From an uncultured Acidobacterium sp. (GTDB lineage: Bacteria > Acidobacteriota > Vicinamibacteria > Vicinamibacterales > UBA2999), in NCBI GenBank assembly GCA_964628295.1, contig CAZVLS010000003.1, forward strand, positions 187,972 to 251,971: a stretch of DNA of 64,000 nt, given 5' to 3'. The notes below the pieces were generated by a model. The model worked only from the letters and a program-made list of their open reading frames with translations, ran no database searches and was not told where the DNA came from. Both the position numbers and the translations under genes were made by a program. Of the stretch, positions 44,927 to 58,874 are shown in pieces (the stretch's first letter is position 1; each line of letters opens with the position of its first letter).

Positions 44927-46588
44927 ATGCGTTCAGCCACTCTCGCGCTCGTCGTGGTCCTTGGTGTGACGTCCCTTGCTGCGGCGCAGCAACCAGCACC
45001 GCCAAGCACCCTGCGAGCGCCGTCGCGCACGGACATCCTTCGCGGCGAGTACGGCCGCTACCGCGCCAACAACGACCTGCTGCACTACGACCTCGACATC
45101 AGGGTCAATCCCGAGAAGAAGTTCATCTCGGGCAAGAACACCATCCGCTTCAAGATGCTCAAGGACGACACCCGCATCCAGTTGGAGCTCTACTCCAACT
45201 ACACGATTGAGAAGATCGTGATGGACACGACGTCGCTGAACTACGAGCGCGACACCAACACGGTCTACGTCGACTTTCCGCAGACGTTGCGATCGGGCCG
45301 GACCTATTCGATCGAGTTCCATTATTCGGGTCAGCCGCGTGAACAGGGCCGCTTCGGCGCGCTGGCGTTTCGCACGACGCCCGATGGCAAGCAATGGGTC
45401 AACACCGCGAACGAGGGTGAAGGGTCGGCGTCGTGGTGGCCGAGCAAGGACCAGTGGCGCGATGAGCCGGACGAAGGGTGCGACATTCGCGTCGCGGTGC
45501 CGAACGGTCTCACCAATGTCTCGAATGGCCGCTTCATGGGCAAGACAGACCTGAAAGACGGCTACACGCGCTGGGACTACCGCGTGCACTATCCCATCAA
45601 CTCCTACAACGTGTCGCTCAACATCGCTGAATACGCGACGTTCTCTGAAACGTTCGGCGATCTGACGATGGACTATTTCGTCCTGCCGGGAAACCTCGAC
45701 AAGGCGAAGGTGCAGTTCGCGCAGGCGAAGCCGATGATCGAGGCGTTCGAGAAATACATCGGCAAATACCCGTTCCCGAAGGACGGCTTCAAGCTGATCG
45801 AAGTGCCGTACTCGGGCATGGAACACCAGAGTGCCGTGACCTACGGCAACCGCTACGCCAACGGCTATCTCGAGCGCGACTGGACCGGCGTCGGCGTCAG
45901 CATGAAGTTCGACTTCATCATCATCCACGAGAGCGCGCACGAGTGGTACGGCAACGCGATCTCCGCCGCCGACGTCTCCGACATGTGGATCCAGGAGGGC
46001 TGGTGCAACTACCTGGAATTCGTCTACGTCGAGGCGTTGTTCGGCCGCGAAGACGCGATCAAGTATGCGGGCGGCTACAAGCCAAAGGTCGGCAACAAGG
46101 AGCCGATCATCACGCAGCGTGGCATCCATCGCACGCCGAACCAGGACATGTACTTCAAGGGCGCGTTGTTCCTCGACACGCTGCGCAACGCCGTCAACGA
46201 CGACACACGCTGGTGGAAGCTGATGCGCGACACCTACGAGAAGTTCAAGTACCAGAACATCATGACCGAGGACCTGGTGCGCCACTTCAGCACGGAGTTG
46301 AAGCAGGATATGACGCCGATCTTCGACCAGTACCTGCGCCGCGCAGACCTGCCGACCCTCGAACTGACGTTCGATGATGCGGCGGAGCGCGTGTCATACC
46401 GGTGGAACGCCGACGAGCGCGGCTTCAACATGCCGATCAAGGTGGGCGACGCCGCGAAGTGGCAGGTGATTCAGCCGACGACGGATTGGAAGTCGATGGA
46501 GTGGGGCGCGGGCAAGGACGCGTTCAAGGTCGCGACCGATCTGTTCTATGTGAACGTGCAGGTGCTGCAGGCGAACGGCCGGCCCTAG
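44927..46588 (+). CDS. M1-family zinc metallopeptidase (aminopeptidase N-like), secreted
   Basis: It has a signal peptide. HESAHEWYGN plus WIQEGW forms the HExxH-x18-E motif. Confidence 0.85.
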   Translation: MRSATLALVVVLGVTSLAAAQQPAPPSTLRAPSRTDILRGEYGRYRANNDLLHYDLDIRVNPEKKFISGKNTIRFKMLKDDTRIQLELYSNYTIEKIVMDTTSLNYERDTNTVYVDFPQTLRSGRTYSIEFHYSGQPREQGRFGALAFRTTPDGKQWVNTANEGEGSASWWPSKDQWRDEPDEGCDIRVAVPNGLTNVSNGRFMGKTDLKDGYTRWDYRVHYPINSYNVSLNIAEYATFSETFGDLTMDYFVLPGNLDKAKVQFAQAKPMIEAFEKYIGKYPFPKDGFKLIEVPYSGMEHQSAVTYGNRYANGYLERDWTGVGVSMKFDFIIIHESAHEWYGNAISAADVSDMWIQEGWCNYLEFVYVEALFGREDAIKYAGGYKPKVGNKEPIITQRGIHRTPNQDMYFKGALFLDTLRNAVNDDTRWWKLMRDTYEKFKYQNIMTEDLVRHFSTELKQDMTPIFDQYLRRADLPTLELTFDDAAERVSYRWNADERGFNMPIKVGDAAKWQVIQPTTDWKSMEWGAGKDAFKVATDLFYVNVQVLQANGRP

Positions 46589-46658
46589 TAACAAGTAGCA
46601 AGTAGCAACTAGCAAGTAGCAAGCAACCCTCAGTGCCCTTCTTGCTACTTGCATCTTG

Positions 46659-46674
<16 letters not shown>
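46586..46674. repeat. Inverted heptamer arrays (GTARCAA x5 / TTGCTAC x4) with a 19-nt loop
   Basis: Units are at 46588-46622 and 46642-46669. The M1 stop TAG 46586-46588 abuts the first unit, and the hrpB stop 46659-46661 is inside a unit. Confidence 0.9.
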
Positions 46675-50669
<3,995 letters not shown>

Positions 50670-50673
<4 letters not shown>

Positions 50674-51212
50674 GGCCTGGGCGCAGCCACGATCTGAATC
50701 ACGGTCGGATACCGCGCCGGATTGCCGTCCGTCCTCGGGTTGGGATAGCCCGCCGAACCGCCGTAGCTGTAGTCCTTGATCGTCACGCTTGGCGGAAACG
50801 CCATGGTTTCGTCGCGGAATTTCGCGGTTTCGAACTGATGGGTCGGCGGCGCCTGGAACAGTTCATCCCCTTTGTTCTTCAGCACCGTCTTGTAGTACCC
50901 GACGAGATCAGCAAACGGCACCGTGGCGCCGAAAATGTAGAAGCGCTGCCCGCGGCCCGCGTCGTACGACGTCAGGTAGACCGCTGATGGATAGATCGGC
51001 GCACCCAGCTCGGCCTCGGTCGGTGATCCGTCTGTGCGCGGCGGCTGAGGCTTCGCCGTCTGGATCGTCGCAGAAGGCGGCGGTGGCGCTGACGTGGCCG
51101 GTGGCGGCTGAGCCGGTTTCTGGCTGTTCGGACGTGGAAACGGCTGCGGCGTCTGCGCCAGGGCGGCAGTCGCGCACACGGTCAACACGGAAACACAGAA
51201 GCTGCGAAACAC
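50670..51212 (-). CDS. Secreted hypothetical protein with Pro-rich linker
   Basis: 180-aa ORF with a signal peptide (VSVLTVCATAALAQ), a PQPFPRPNSQKPAQPPPATSAPPPPS linker and a ~110-aa globular domain. The family is unknown. Confidence 0.55.
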
Positions 51213-51262
51213 AGAACTATTATAGGCACTTCAAGACCTGTCGATCCCAGGACCTCAAGACC

Positions 51263-52393
51263 ATGAGCTACATCGACTACTGCCGGGCCAACCACGAGTG
51301 GTTGCTCGAATTCATTGAGGCCCTCGTGGCGATCGAGTCGCCGAGCGACGATCCGGTTGCGGTGAATCGTTGCGGCGCCGAGCTGGCGTCGCGCCTCGAG
51401 GCGATCGGCGGCGCCGTCACTCGCGTGTCGTCGGCGTCCGCGGGCGATCATCTTCGCGTCAGCTTTGGCAGCGGTCCAAAGCAGATCCTGTTACTCGGCC
51501 ACTTCGACACGGTGTGGCCGATCGGCCAGCTCGCGCGCATGCCGTTGAAGCGCGAGGGCGGGAAGTTGTACGGCCCGGGCGTCTTCGACATGAAGGCGGG
51601 CATCGGTCTCGCCACGCTCGCCACTCGAGCAGTGCTCGAGCACGGCCTCCTGACCGGCCATCGCATCGTCATGGTGTGGACCACCGACGAAGAGATCGGC
51701 AGCGCGACGTCGCGCGCGTTGATCGAAGCCGAAGCCGCCAGGAGCAGCGCGGTAATGGTGTTCGAACCCTCGCTGCCGGGTGGCGCGCTCAAGACAAGCC
51801 GCAAAGGCGTGGGACAGTTCGAGATGGTCGCGACGGGTGTCTCGGCGCATGCGGGTCTTGATCCCGGCAAGGGTGTCAGCGCGATCCGCGAACTCGCCAG
51901 GCAGATCATCGCGATCGACGCCCTTCAGGATCCGGCCAGCGGAGTCACCATCACGGTCGGCACCGTAGCGGGCGGCACACGCGTCAACGTAGTGCCCGCC
52001 GAAGCCCGCGCCGTGATCGATGCGCGCGCCGTCACGCGCGCGGATGCGGACCGGGTACAGCAGGCTATGCGCGCGCTGAAAGCGCAATTGCCCGGCGCGT
52101 CGCTCCTCGTCACTGGCGGTTTCGAGCGTCCACCGCTGGAGCGAACCGCGGGCGTCGTTGAACTCTTCGAGCAGGCAAAGGCCGTGGCCGCAGAGATCGG
52201 CGTTGTGCTGGAAGAAGGAAGCGCGGGCGGCGGATCGGACGGCAACTTCACCGCGGCACTGGGGATCCCGACGCTCGACGGCTTCGGCGCCGTTGGCGAC
52301 GGGGCCCATGCGACTCACGAGCACGTCGACATCGAGGCGCTCGTGCCTCGAGCCGCGACTATTTCCGGTCTGTTGGCTCGGATCGTTTCCTGA
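51263..52393 (+). CDS. M20-family metallopeptidase (carboxypeptidase G2 / glutamate carboxypeptidase-like)
   Basis: ATG 51263 gives MSYIDYCRANHEWLLEFIEALVAIESPS. Motifs are LLLGHFDTVWP, GPGVFDMKAG, DEEIGS and HATHEHV. Confidence 0.8.
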   Translation: MSYIDYCRANHEWLLEFIEALVAIESPSDDPVAVNRCGAELASRLEAIGGAVTRVSSASAGDHLRVSFGSGPKQILLLGHFDTVWPIGQLARMPLKREGGKLYGPGVFDMKAGIGLATLATRAVLEHGLLTGHRIVMVWTTDEEIGSATSRALIEAEAARSSAVMVFEPSLPGGALKTSRKGVGQFEMVATGVSAHAGLDPGKGVSAIRELARQIIAIDALQDPASGVTITVGTVAGGTRVNVVPAEARAVIDARAVTRADADRVQQAMRALKAQLPGASLLVTGGFERPPLERTAGVVELFEQAKAVAAEIGVVLEEGSAGGGSDGNFTAALGIPTLDGFGAVGDGAHATHEHVDIEALVPRAATISGLLARIVS

Positions 52394-53342
52394 CGTGCGG
52401 TAAGTAGCGAGAGCGCATCAGCCCGACCACCTCCTGCACGCGTTTGTCGTAGTCCTTCGGTACGTACTTGGAGGCGTAGAGCTGTTCGTACTTCTCGGAC
52501 AGTTCGGGGTACTCGCGGTGGATCATCGCCATGAAATGGTCGCGCGTGCCACCCTCGAGGTGCATCACCATTGCGCCGACCGATCGCGCACCTGAATCGG
52601 CAATCGCCTTGATGGTGCGCTCGAGCTTCGACGGGTGTGTCGAAAAGCCGGGGACGATCGGTGCCATCAGCACGCCGCAGTCGATGCCGGCATCGACCAG
52701 CTCGCGCACGGCGCGCAGCCGCTGTGAGGGGTGAGCGACGCCCGGTTCCAGCTTCTCCCACGCGTCCTCATCCACGGTCGGGATGCTGATGTGCACGCGG
52801 CACGCCGCGCGAGCGGTCAGATCCTGCAGCACGTCCTTGTCGCGGACGATCATCGGCCCCTTGGTCACGATGCCGACCGGCGACGCGGCGTCGCACAGCG
52901 CCTCGAGCGTTCCTCGCGACAGCTTGTACGTGCCCTCGATGGGCTGGTACGGGTCGGTCGCCGTGCCGAAGCCAATCGATTCTTTTGTCCACGACGGTTT
53001 GTCGAGTTCGCGGCGCAACACCTCGACGAAGTTGGTCTTCACGAAGATCACCGACGCGAACTGATCGCCCGCATCCAACTCGAGGTGCGGCTGGTACTTT
53101 CGCGCGAAGCAGTAGTGACAGCCGTGCGTGCAGCCGCGGTAGGGGTTGAGTGTCCACTTGAAGAACGGCATGCCCTTCACGCGATTGAGCGCGGAGCGGC
53201 AGCGCACCTCCTGGTAGGTGGCAGCGTCGCCACGCCGTTTCGCGTCGGGCAACGCCGCAATACCGCCCACCTTCACGAGCTCGGCGATATCGCGCGCGGT
53301 GGGGAAGCGGCCTAGTTCGAAGAGCGGTGATTGCGTGGCCAC
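52359..53342 (-). CDS. Radical SAM protein (SplB / DNA photolyase-like family)
   Basis: YRGCTHGCHYCFARKY carries the CxxxCxxC motif. The protein is 327 aa. Its 3' end overlaps the convergent M20 gene by 35 nt. Confidence 0.7.
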   Translation of the reverse strand: MATQSPLFELGRFPTARDIAELVKVGGIAALPDAKRRGDAATYQEVRCRSALNRVKGMPFFKWTLNPYRGCTHGCHYCFARKYQPHLELDAGDQFASVIFVKTNFVEVLRRELDKPSWTKESIGFGTATDPYQPIEGTYKLSRGTLEALCDAASPVGIVTKGPMIVRDKDVLQDLTARAACRVHISIPTVDEDAWEKLEPGVAHPSQRLRAVRELVDAGIDCGVLMAPIVPGFSTHPSKLERTIKAIADSGARSVGAMVMHLEGGTRDHFMAMIHREYPELSEKYEQLYASKYVPKDYDKRVQEVVGLMRSRYLPHVRKRSEPTDRK

Positions 53343-53453
53343 AACATTCCAGCGCCCTCATTGTTTTCGCTTTTTATTCGCCAGTCAACATCTTCAAAAG
53401 GCCGATCCTGGGTGATCGCCCCAGAGGCGCGGGAAACGCTCGACGGATAATCG

Positions 53454-54440
53454 CTAGGTCTGCGATCCGCGCCAGTAGTTCAGCAGGTCGTCAACGGTCT
53501 GCTCCAGCGGTATCTGCGGCGTCCAGCCGGTATCGCGCGTCAGTTGCGAGTGGTCCCCCAGCACCAACGGCGTGTCAATCGGGCGGAAGCGCGCCGGATC
53601 CTGTTCGATCGTGATCGGCACGCGCGCCCGCTTCAGCAGAGTGTCGACCAGCGTGCGGACCTGGACCGGCGTGCCTGAACAGACGTTGTACGGCACACCC
53701 GGCCGGGCCGAGCGCATCATCGCCTGGTAGGCGCGCACCGTGTCGCGCACGTCCATGATGTCGCGGCGGGAATCGAGGTTGCCCATCGACAGGACGGGCG
53801 CTTTGCGTCCGGCCTCGATTTCCGCGATCTGTTTCGCGATGCTCGACGCAACGAACGATGGCGCCTGCCGCGGGCCGATGTGATTGAAGGCCCGCGCGAT
53901 CAACGCGGGGATCCCGTCGTCCTCCCACGCGCGCCTGCCGACCATTTCCTGCGCGACCTTGCTCGTCCCGTACGGGCTATTGGGCCGAATCGTGCTGCTT
54001 TCCGTGATCGCGCGATCGAGCGGCGCATAGACGAATGCCGTGCTGGTGATGAGGACGCGCGGCGCCAGCCCCAGGCGGCGCAGGCCCTCGAACAACTGAT
54101 GCGTTGCGAGGACATTGCCGGCGAACGTCTCGGTGACGTGAGCCCAGGAGTCGCCAACATGCGGAACTCCGGCCAGGTGGTAGATGGCGTCGGGCCGTGC
54201 CGATTCGAGGGCCGCGGTGACGGCGTCCCGGTCGTGCATTTCGACCGAGAGCCACATGACGCGGGTGCCGGAGACCAGCGGCTCAGTGCCGGGACGGAGC
54301 CACGCGATCACGTGATCGGTGCCGTCCCGCTCGAGGAGCTCGAGCAAATGGCTGCCGACGAAACCGGCCGCGCCGGTCACCAGCACCGTCGTGGTTCGAC
54401 CGTGCTCACCACGATCCTGAGCCTGCCGAAGGCCCGCCAT
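53454..54440 (-). CDS. NAD-dependent epimerase/dehydratase-family sugar nucleotide 4-ketoreductase-like protein (Rmd-like)
   Basis: ATG 54440 lies 2 nt after the rfbB stop. Motifs are VLVTGAAGFVGSH and SPYGTSKVAQE (YxxxK). Confidence 0.7.
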   Translation of the reverse strand: MAGLRQAQDRGEHGRTTTVLVTGAAGFVGSHLLELLERDGTDHVIAWLRPGTEPLVSGTRVMWLSVEMHDRDAVTAALESARPDAIYHLAGVPHVGDSWAHVTETFAGNVLATHQLFEGLRRLGLAPRVLITSTAFVYAPLDRAITESSTIRPNSPYGTSKVAQEMVGRRAWEDDGIPALIARAFNHIGPRQAPSFVASSIAKQIAEIEAGRKAPVLSMGNLDSRRDIMDVRDTVRAYQAMMRSARPGVPYNVCSGTPVQVRTLVDTLLKRARVPITIEQDPARFRPIDTPLVLGDHSQLTRDTGWTPQIPLEQTVDDLLNYWRGSQT

Positions 54441-54442
54441 GC

Positions 54443-55465
54443 TCAGCCTCGCTTGCCGTACTGCGCTTCCATGTAGGCCTTGTAGGCGGGATCGCGTTCC
54501 TTGATCGGCCGCCACCACCATTCGTTCTGCTGGTACCACGCCACCGTTTCGGCGAGGCCCTGCTCGAACGGCACCTGCGGCTTCCAGCCCATGGCCTCGA
54601 GCTTGGCGCTGCTCAGGCTGTAGCGGCGATCGTGCCCCTTGCGGTCGGCGACCGGCTTGATCAGCTCCGTGCCCTTGCCCGACAGCTTCAACACCTTGTG
54701 CGTGAGGTCGATGTTCTTCACCTCGTTGCCGCCGCCGATGTTGTAGACCTCGCCGTTGATGCCCTGGTGCAGCAGCAGATCGACGCCGCGGCAGTGATCG
54801 AGCACATGCAGCCAGTCGCGGATGTTGCCGCCGTCGCCGTACAGCGGCACCGGGATGTTGTCCATCAGGTTGGTGACGAACAGCGGCAGGATCTTCTCCG
54901 GGAACTGGTAGGGGCCGTAGTTGTTCGACGCGCGCGTCACGATCACCGGCACGTCGTGCGTCGCCCAGTAGCTGTAGGCCAGGCGATCGGCGCCGGTCTT
55001 GCTCGCCGCATAAGGGTTGCGCGGCTTGAGTTCGTCGGTCTCGACGCTCGAGCCCTCCGCCACGCTGCCGTACACTTCGTCGGTCGAAATCTGGATGAAG
55101 CGCTTGAGGTGCGGATTGCGGCGTGCCGCTTCGAGCAGCACGAACGATCCCTCGACGTCGGTCTTGATGAAATCGCCCGCGGCCATGATCGAGCGGTCGA
55201 CGTGCGTTTCCGCCGCGAAGTGCACCACGTAGTCCGAGGCTTCGACGAGCGGACCGGCCACGGCCGCGTCACAGATGTCGCCGTGGACGAACGTGTGGCG
55301 CGGATTGTCCATCACGTCGTGGAGGTTTTCCTTGCGGCCCGCGTAGGTGAGCTTGTCGAGGGTGGTGACATGCCAGTCAGCGTGCGTCTGCAGCGCGTAA
55401 CGGACGAAGTTGCTGCCGATGAAGCCGGCGCCACCCGTAACGAGGACTTTTACCACTTGATCCAC
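54443..55465 (-). CDS. rfbB: dTDP-glucose 4,6-dehydratase
   Basis: Motifs are VLVTGGAGFIGSNFV, ISTDEVYG and NPYAASKTGAD, with a length of 340 aa. Confidence 0.9.
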   Translation of the reverse strand: MDQVVKVLVTGGAGFIGSNFVRYALQTHADWHVTTLDKLTYAGRKENLHDVMDNPRHTFVHGDICDAAVAGPLVEASDYVVHFAAETHVDRSIMAAGDFIKTDVEGSFVLLEAARRNPHLKRFIQISTDEVYGSVAEGSSVETDELKPRNPYAASKTGADRLAYSYWATHDVPVIVTRASNNYGPYQFPEKILPLFVTNLMDNIPVPLYGDGGNIRDWLHVLDHCRGVDLLLHQGINGEVYNIGGGNEVKNIDLTHKVLKLSGKGTELIKPVADRKGHDRRYSLSSAKLEAMGWKPQVPFEQGLAETVAWYQQNEWWWRPIKERDPAYKAYMEAQYGKRG

Positions 55466-56517
55466 ACCTCAGAGTTGTCGCCGAGCATGAAGCGGTGCGC
55501 GACCGGCTTCAGCGGCAGGCGATGAATCTTTGCACCGCGGCCGATCAGGCTGTCGGCGACGCGGGTCTCGAGATCGTGAATCAGCGCGCCCTCGAGGACG
55601 ATGCTGTGCTCGATCTCCGACTTGTTGATCTCGACGTCCTTGCCGATCGACGTGAACGGCCCGACATAGCCGTCGATGATCTTCGCGCCAGGGCCGATCA
55701 CCGCGGGTCCGCGGATCACCGAGTTCTTCACCACCGCGGTCTTGTCCACCACGACGTTGCCTTCGACGCGCGAGGCGGCGTCGATGTCGCCTTCGATCTT
55801 CGGCGACAGCGTCTCGAGGATCAGCCGGTTGGCCTCGAGCATGTCCTCGAGCTTGCCGGTGTCCTTCCACCACCCGGACACCAGGTGCGGATTGACGCGC
55901 AGGCCGCGATCGATCAGGTCCTGGATCGCGTCGGTGATCTCGAGCTCGTTGCGGAAGCTCGGCTTGATGTTGTTGACCGAGTTGAAGATCTCGGGCCCGA
56001 ACATGTAGACGCCGACGAGCGCCAGGTTCGACTTCGGTTCCTTCGGCTTCTCGACCAGCCGCCTGACCTTGTCGCCCTCGAGTTCCGCCACGCCGAACAT
56101 CTGGGGATCGGGCACCGGCGTCAGCAGGATCTGCGCCGCCGGTCTGTCCTTCACGAACTGCTCGACGAACTCGACGATGCCGCGGTTGAGCAGGTTGTCG
56201 CCGAGATACATCACGAACGGATCGTCGGCGATGAAGTCCCGGCTGATCTTGACGGCGTGGGCCAGGCCGCGCGGCGCGTCCTGCTCGATGTAGGTGACCC
56301 GGGCGCCGAAGCGCGAGCCGTCACCCACAGCGGCCTTGATTTCGAGGTGCGTCTCGCCAACGACGATGCCGATGTCCTTGATGCCGGCCTCGACCAGCGC
56401 CTCGATTCCGTAGAACAGGACCGGCTTGTTGGCGACGGGAACGAGCTGCTTGGCACTGGTGTAGGTCAGCGGCCGGAGGCGAGTGCCCTTGCCCCCACTG
56501 AGAATGAGTCCCTTCAT
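55450..56517 (-). CDS. rfbA: Glucose-1-phosphate thymidylyltransferase, long form with C-terminal left-handed beta-helix
   Basis: ATG 56517 gives MKGLILSGGKGTRLRPLTYTSAKQLVPVANKP. The protein is 355 aa with C-terminal hexapeptide-like repeats. Confidence 0.85.
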   Translation of the reverse strand: MKGLILSGGKGTRLRPLTYTSAKQLVPVANKPVLFYGIEALVEAGIKDIGIVVGETHLEIKAAVGDGSRFGARVTYIEQDAPRGLAHAVKISRDFIADDPFVMYLGDNLLNRGIVEFVEQFVKDRPAAQILLTPVPDPQMFGVAELEGDKVRRLVEKPKEPKSNLALVGVYMFGPEIFNSVNNIKPSFRNELEITDAIQDLIDRGLRVNPHLVSGWWKDTGKLEDMLEANRLILETLSPKIEGDIDAASRVEGNVVVDKTAVVKNSVIRGPAVIGPGAKIIDGYVGPFTSIGKDVEINKSEIEHSIVLEGALIHDLETRVADSLIGRGAKIHRLPLKPVAHRFMLGDNSEVWIKW

Positions 56518-56560
56518 GCGAACTTCCAATTTTATCCCAGCCACACCAGCCGGCGGGGAA

Positions 56561-58873
56561 TCATCTGGCCCCGCCGCCTCCGAAGGCTCCAAAAAAGTTC
56601 GAGAACGAGCCGACACCCGCCAGCGTGAAGGACATGTTGAACCGGCGGTCCTTGGGGATCAGGAACTGATTGGAGTTGGGGTAGTTGTAGGACTGGAACT
56701 CGAACGACACGCCGCAGCACTGCGCGTTGTAGAACGCGATGTAGCGCTGATTCAGGAGAATCCGCCGGCCGAGGTCGTAGTTGTAGGCGACGTTGCCGCC
56801 GAACCGGCTCTGCATGAACCGGAAGTCCGCCGTGGTGTTGATCTGGTCGTCCGCGGCGATCACCGCGCCGGTGGCCGTGGTCTGCGAAAACGCGCGGCGA
56901 GTCCACCCGCCGCTGACGTTGACGTCCTGCGATCGGAAACCGCCATTCAGGCTCATGCCGAGCAGCTTCGGCGAGCCAACCTCCGCCCGCGGGTCGTATT
57001 CCAGGCGGTAGTCGATCGCGAGCGGATTGATCGGGATCGCGCGCGCGGTGAGCGAGATCGGGGAGAAGGCGTTGGGCTGGCTGCGCGCGAAACCGTAGGT
57101 GTATGACTGGTCGTACTTCGCGGCGGATTCGTCCGTGTAGTAACTCTGGCGGATCGCGAGGTTGAGCAGCTCGCGCGGCGCGCTGGACGCGGGCTCGCCC
57201 TCTTTTTCCTTCCTCACCATCAGCCGGTTGGTGAGTCCGTAGTTCATGGTGGTGACGCCGCCCACCACCACGTCGTAGCCGGTGGCGGTGGGAATGCGGG
57301 TCTGGTTCGGAATCTCGGAGCGCCGCGACACCGAGAACTGCGGCTCGATGACGTGCTTCAACCGGTCGGCCACGGCGTTCTGCGGACTGAAGACGCGCGA
57401 GATGACCGGCCCGATGATGTCGACGCGCAGATCGTTGTAACTGCGCGTGATCGGCTCCTCGATCTGCGTCCTGAGATCCTCGGCGAGGCTCTCGCTGTAG
57501 TAGGTCGTTCGATATTGGGCTGTGGCGTTGACCTGCAGGAAGGGCAGCGTGCTCAGTGCCGCCTTGATCTGCGGCGAGAAGTCGGCCTTGACCAGGCTGA
57601 GATCCGATTCCGCGGTTGCGGTCCGGCGGATGTAGACGTTGCGGGCCGCTTCGCCGTTGACCGTCGCGAACACCGGCAGCCGCCACAGCTTCACGCCGCT
57701 CAACGCGAAGTTGAATCCCGGCTCCTGGCCCGTCACGGTGGAATTGGTGAGGTCCGCAAACGTTTCGGTCCGCCGATACGTGCCGTTGGTGGACAGGTTC
57801 CGCCACGATCCCGAGATGCCGCCCTCGTAGCTGCGCGTGCTGTTCGACGCGTTGTAGAAGTCGCGGTCGTAGGTCTGCCGCACCGAGACGTCGGTGACAT
57901 AGTCCACGCGCCCGCGTGCCGCCAGTCCGAACGGCAGGTTCTGCGACAGGTTGCCGCGCATCTGCTTGCTGCGTCGCGGCGTGCGGGTCCGGCCGTTGAT
58001 CACCGCTGCCTTTTCGTCCAGCCAGTAATAGCGGAAGTCACCCTGGGCCGCCGGACCGAGGATGTAGCGATACTCGGCGCCAATGCCCTGGCCCCGCGAG
58101 AACATCCAGTCGTGAAACAGCGTTGCATCATGGCTGCGATTGATCGCCCAGAAGAACGCGTTGCTGATCGACGATCCGGTCGCGAGCGACGATCCGTACA
58201 TCGGCAGCAGCACGCCGGTCGCGCGATCGTCCTCCTGGATCGGGTAATACATGACCGGCAGGTAGAACACCGGCACGTCCTTCACCTGGACGACGGCGTT
58301 GCGCAGCAGGATGTAGTCGTCCAGGTTCAGCGTCGCGCTGCCGCTGACGATCTCCCAGCGCGGCGTCGGCTGCACGCAGGTCGTGAAGCTGCCCCTGGTG
58401 ATTCGATACTTGTCTTCGCCGATCTTCTCGATCGTGGCGCCGCGGAAGTAGACGTCGGGCTCGAGCGTGCCGAACATGCTGCGGTTGCGCGCGCCGCGCT
58501 CGCCCAGCTGCGCAATGCCGGTGGCGTTGGTGAATGTGCCGCGGCTGGTCTTGGTGTTGAAGACCACGCTGTCCGCCGCGATGCGCGCGGTCGGTGTCTG
58601 AAAGACGACGTTGCCGCTGGCGACCAGCTCGCCCGTCTTGATGTTCATCTGCAGGTCGTCGGCAAAGAACTTCTGTCCGGCCTGCGGCGTGTTGGCCTCG
58701 CCCTCGATCTCCACTTCCCGCATCAGCCGCACGAGATCGCCGTCACGCTCGCCGGTGAAGCTCTTCTGCAGCCAGCCGGGCAACGACACCTGCGCCGCGA
58801 CGCTCCGCGGCGACAGCACCGCAGCGACGACCAGCAGGCCGATGAGGAATGGCCGGATGAACACCACCAACAT
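56561..58873 (-). CDS. lptD: LPS-assembly outer-membrane protein LptD (OstA)
   Basis: It has a signal peptide and an OstA_N-like region (FFADDLQMNIKTGELVASGNVVF...ADSVVFN). CVQPTPRWEI...VPVFYLPVMYYPIQEDDRATGVLLPMYG is typical of the LptD barrel start. The length is 770 aa. Confidence 0.85.
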   Translation of the reverse strand: MLVVFIRPFLIGLLVVAAVLSPRSVAAQVSLPGWLQKSFTGERDGDLVRLMREVEIEGEANTPQAGQKFFADDLQMNIKTGELVASGNVVFQTPTARIAADSVVFNTKTSRGTFTNATGIAQLGERGARNRSMFGTLEPDVYFRGATIEKIGEDKYRITRGSFTTCVQPTPRWEIVSGSATLNLDDYILLRNAVVQVKDVPVFYLPVMYYPIQEDDRATGVLLPMYGSSLATGSSISNAFFWAINRSHDATLFHDWMFSRGQGIGAEYRYILGPAAQGDFRYYWLDEKAAVINGRTRTPRRSKQMRGNLSQNLPFGLAARGRVDYVTDVSVRQTYDRDFYNASNSTRSYEGGISGSWRNLSTNGTYRRTETFADLTNSTVTGQEPGFNFALSGVKLWRLPVFATVNGEAARNVYIRRTATAESDLSLVKADFSPQIKAALSTLPFLQVNATAQYRTTYYSESLAEDLRTQIEEPITRSYNDLRVDIIGPVISRVFSPQNAVADRLKHVIEPQFSVSRRSEIPNQTRIPTATGYDVVVGGVTTMNYGLTNRLMVRKEKEGEPASSAPRELLNLAIRQSYYTDESAAKYDQSYTYGFARSQPNAFSPISLTARAIPINPLAIDYRLEYDPRAEVGSPKLLGMSLNGGFRSQDVNVSGGWTRRAFSQTTATGAVIAADDQINTTADFRFMQSRFGGNVAYNYDLGRRILLNQRYIAFYNAQCCGVSFEFQSYNYPNSNQFLIPKDRRFNMSFTLAGVGSFSNFFGAFGGGGAR

Positions 58874-58874
58874 T

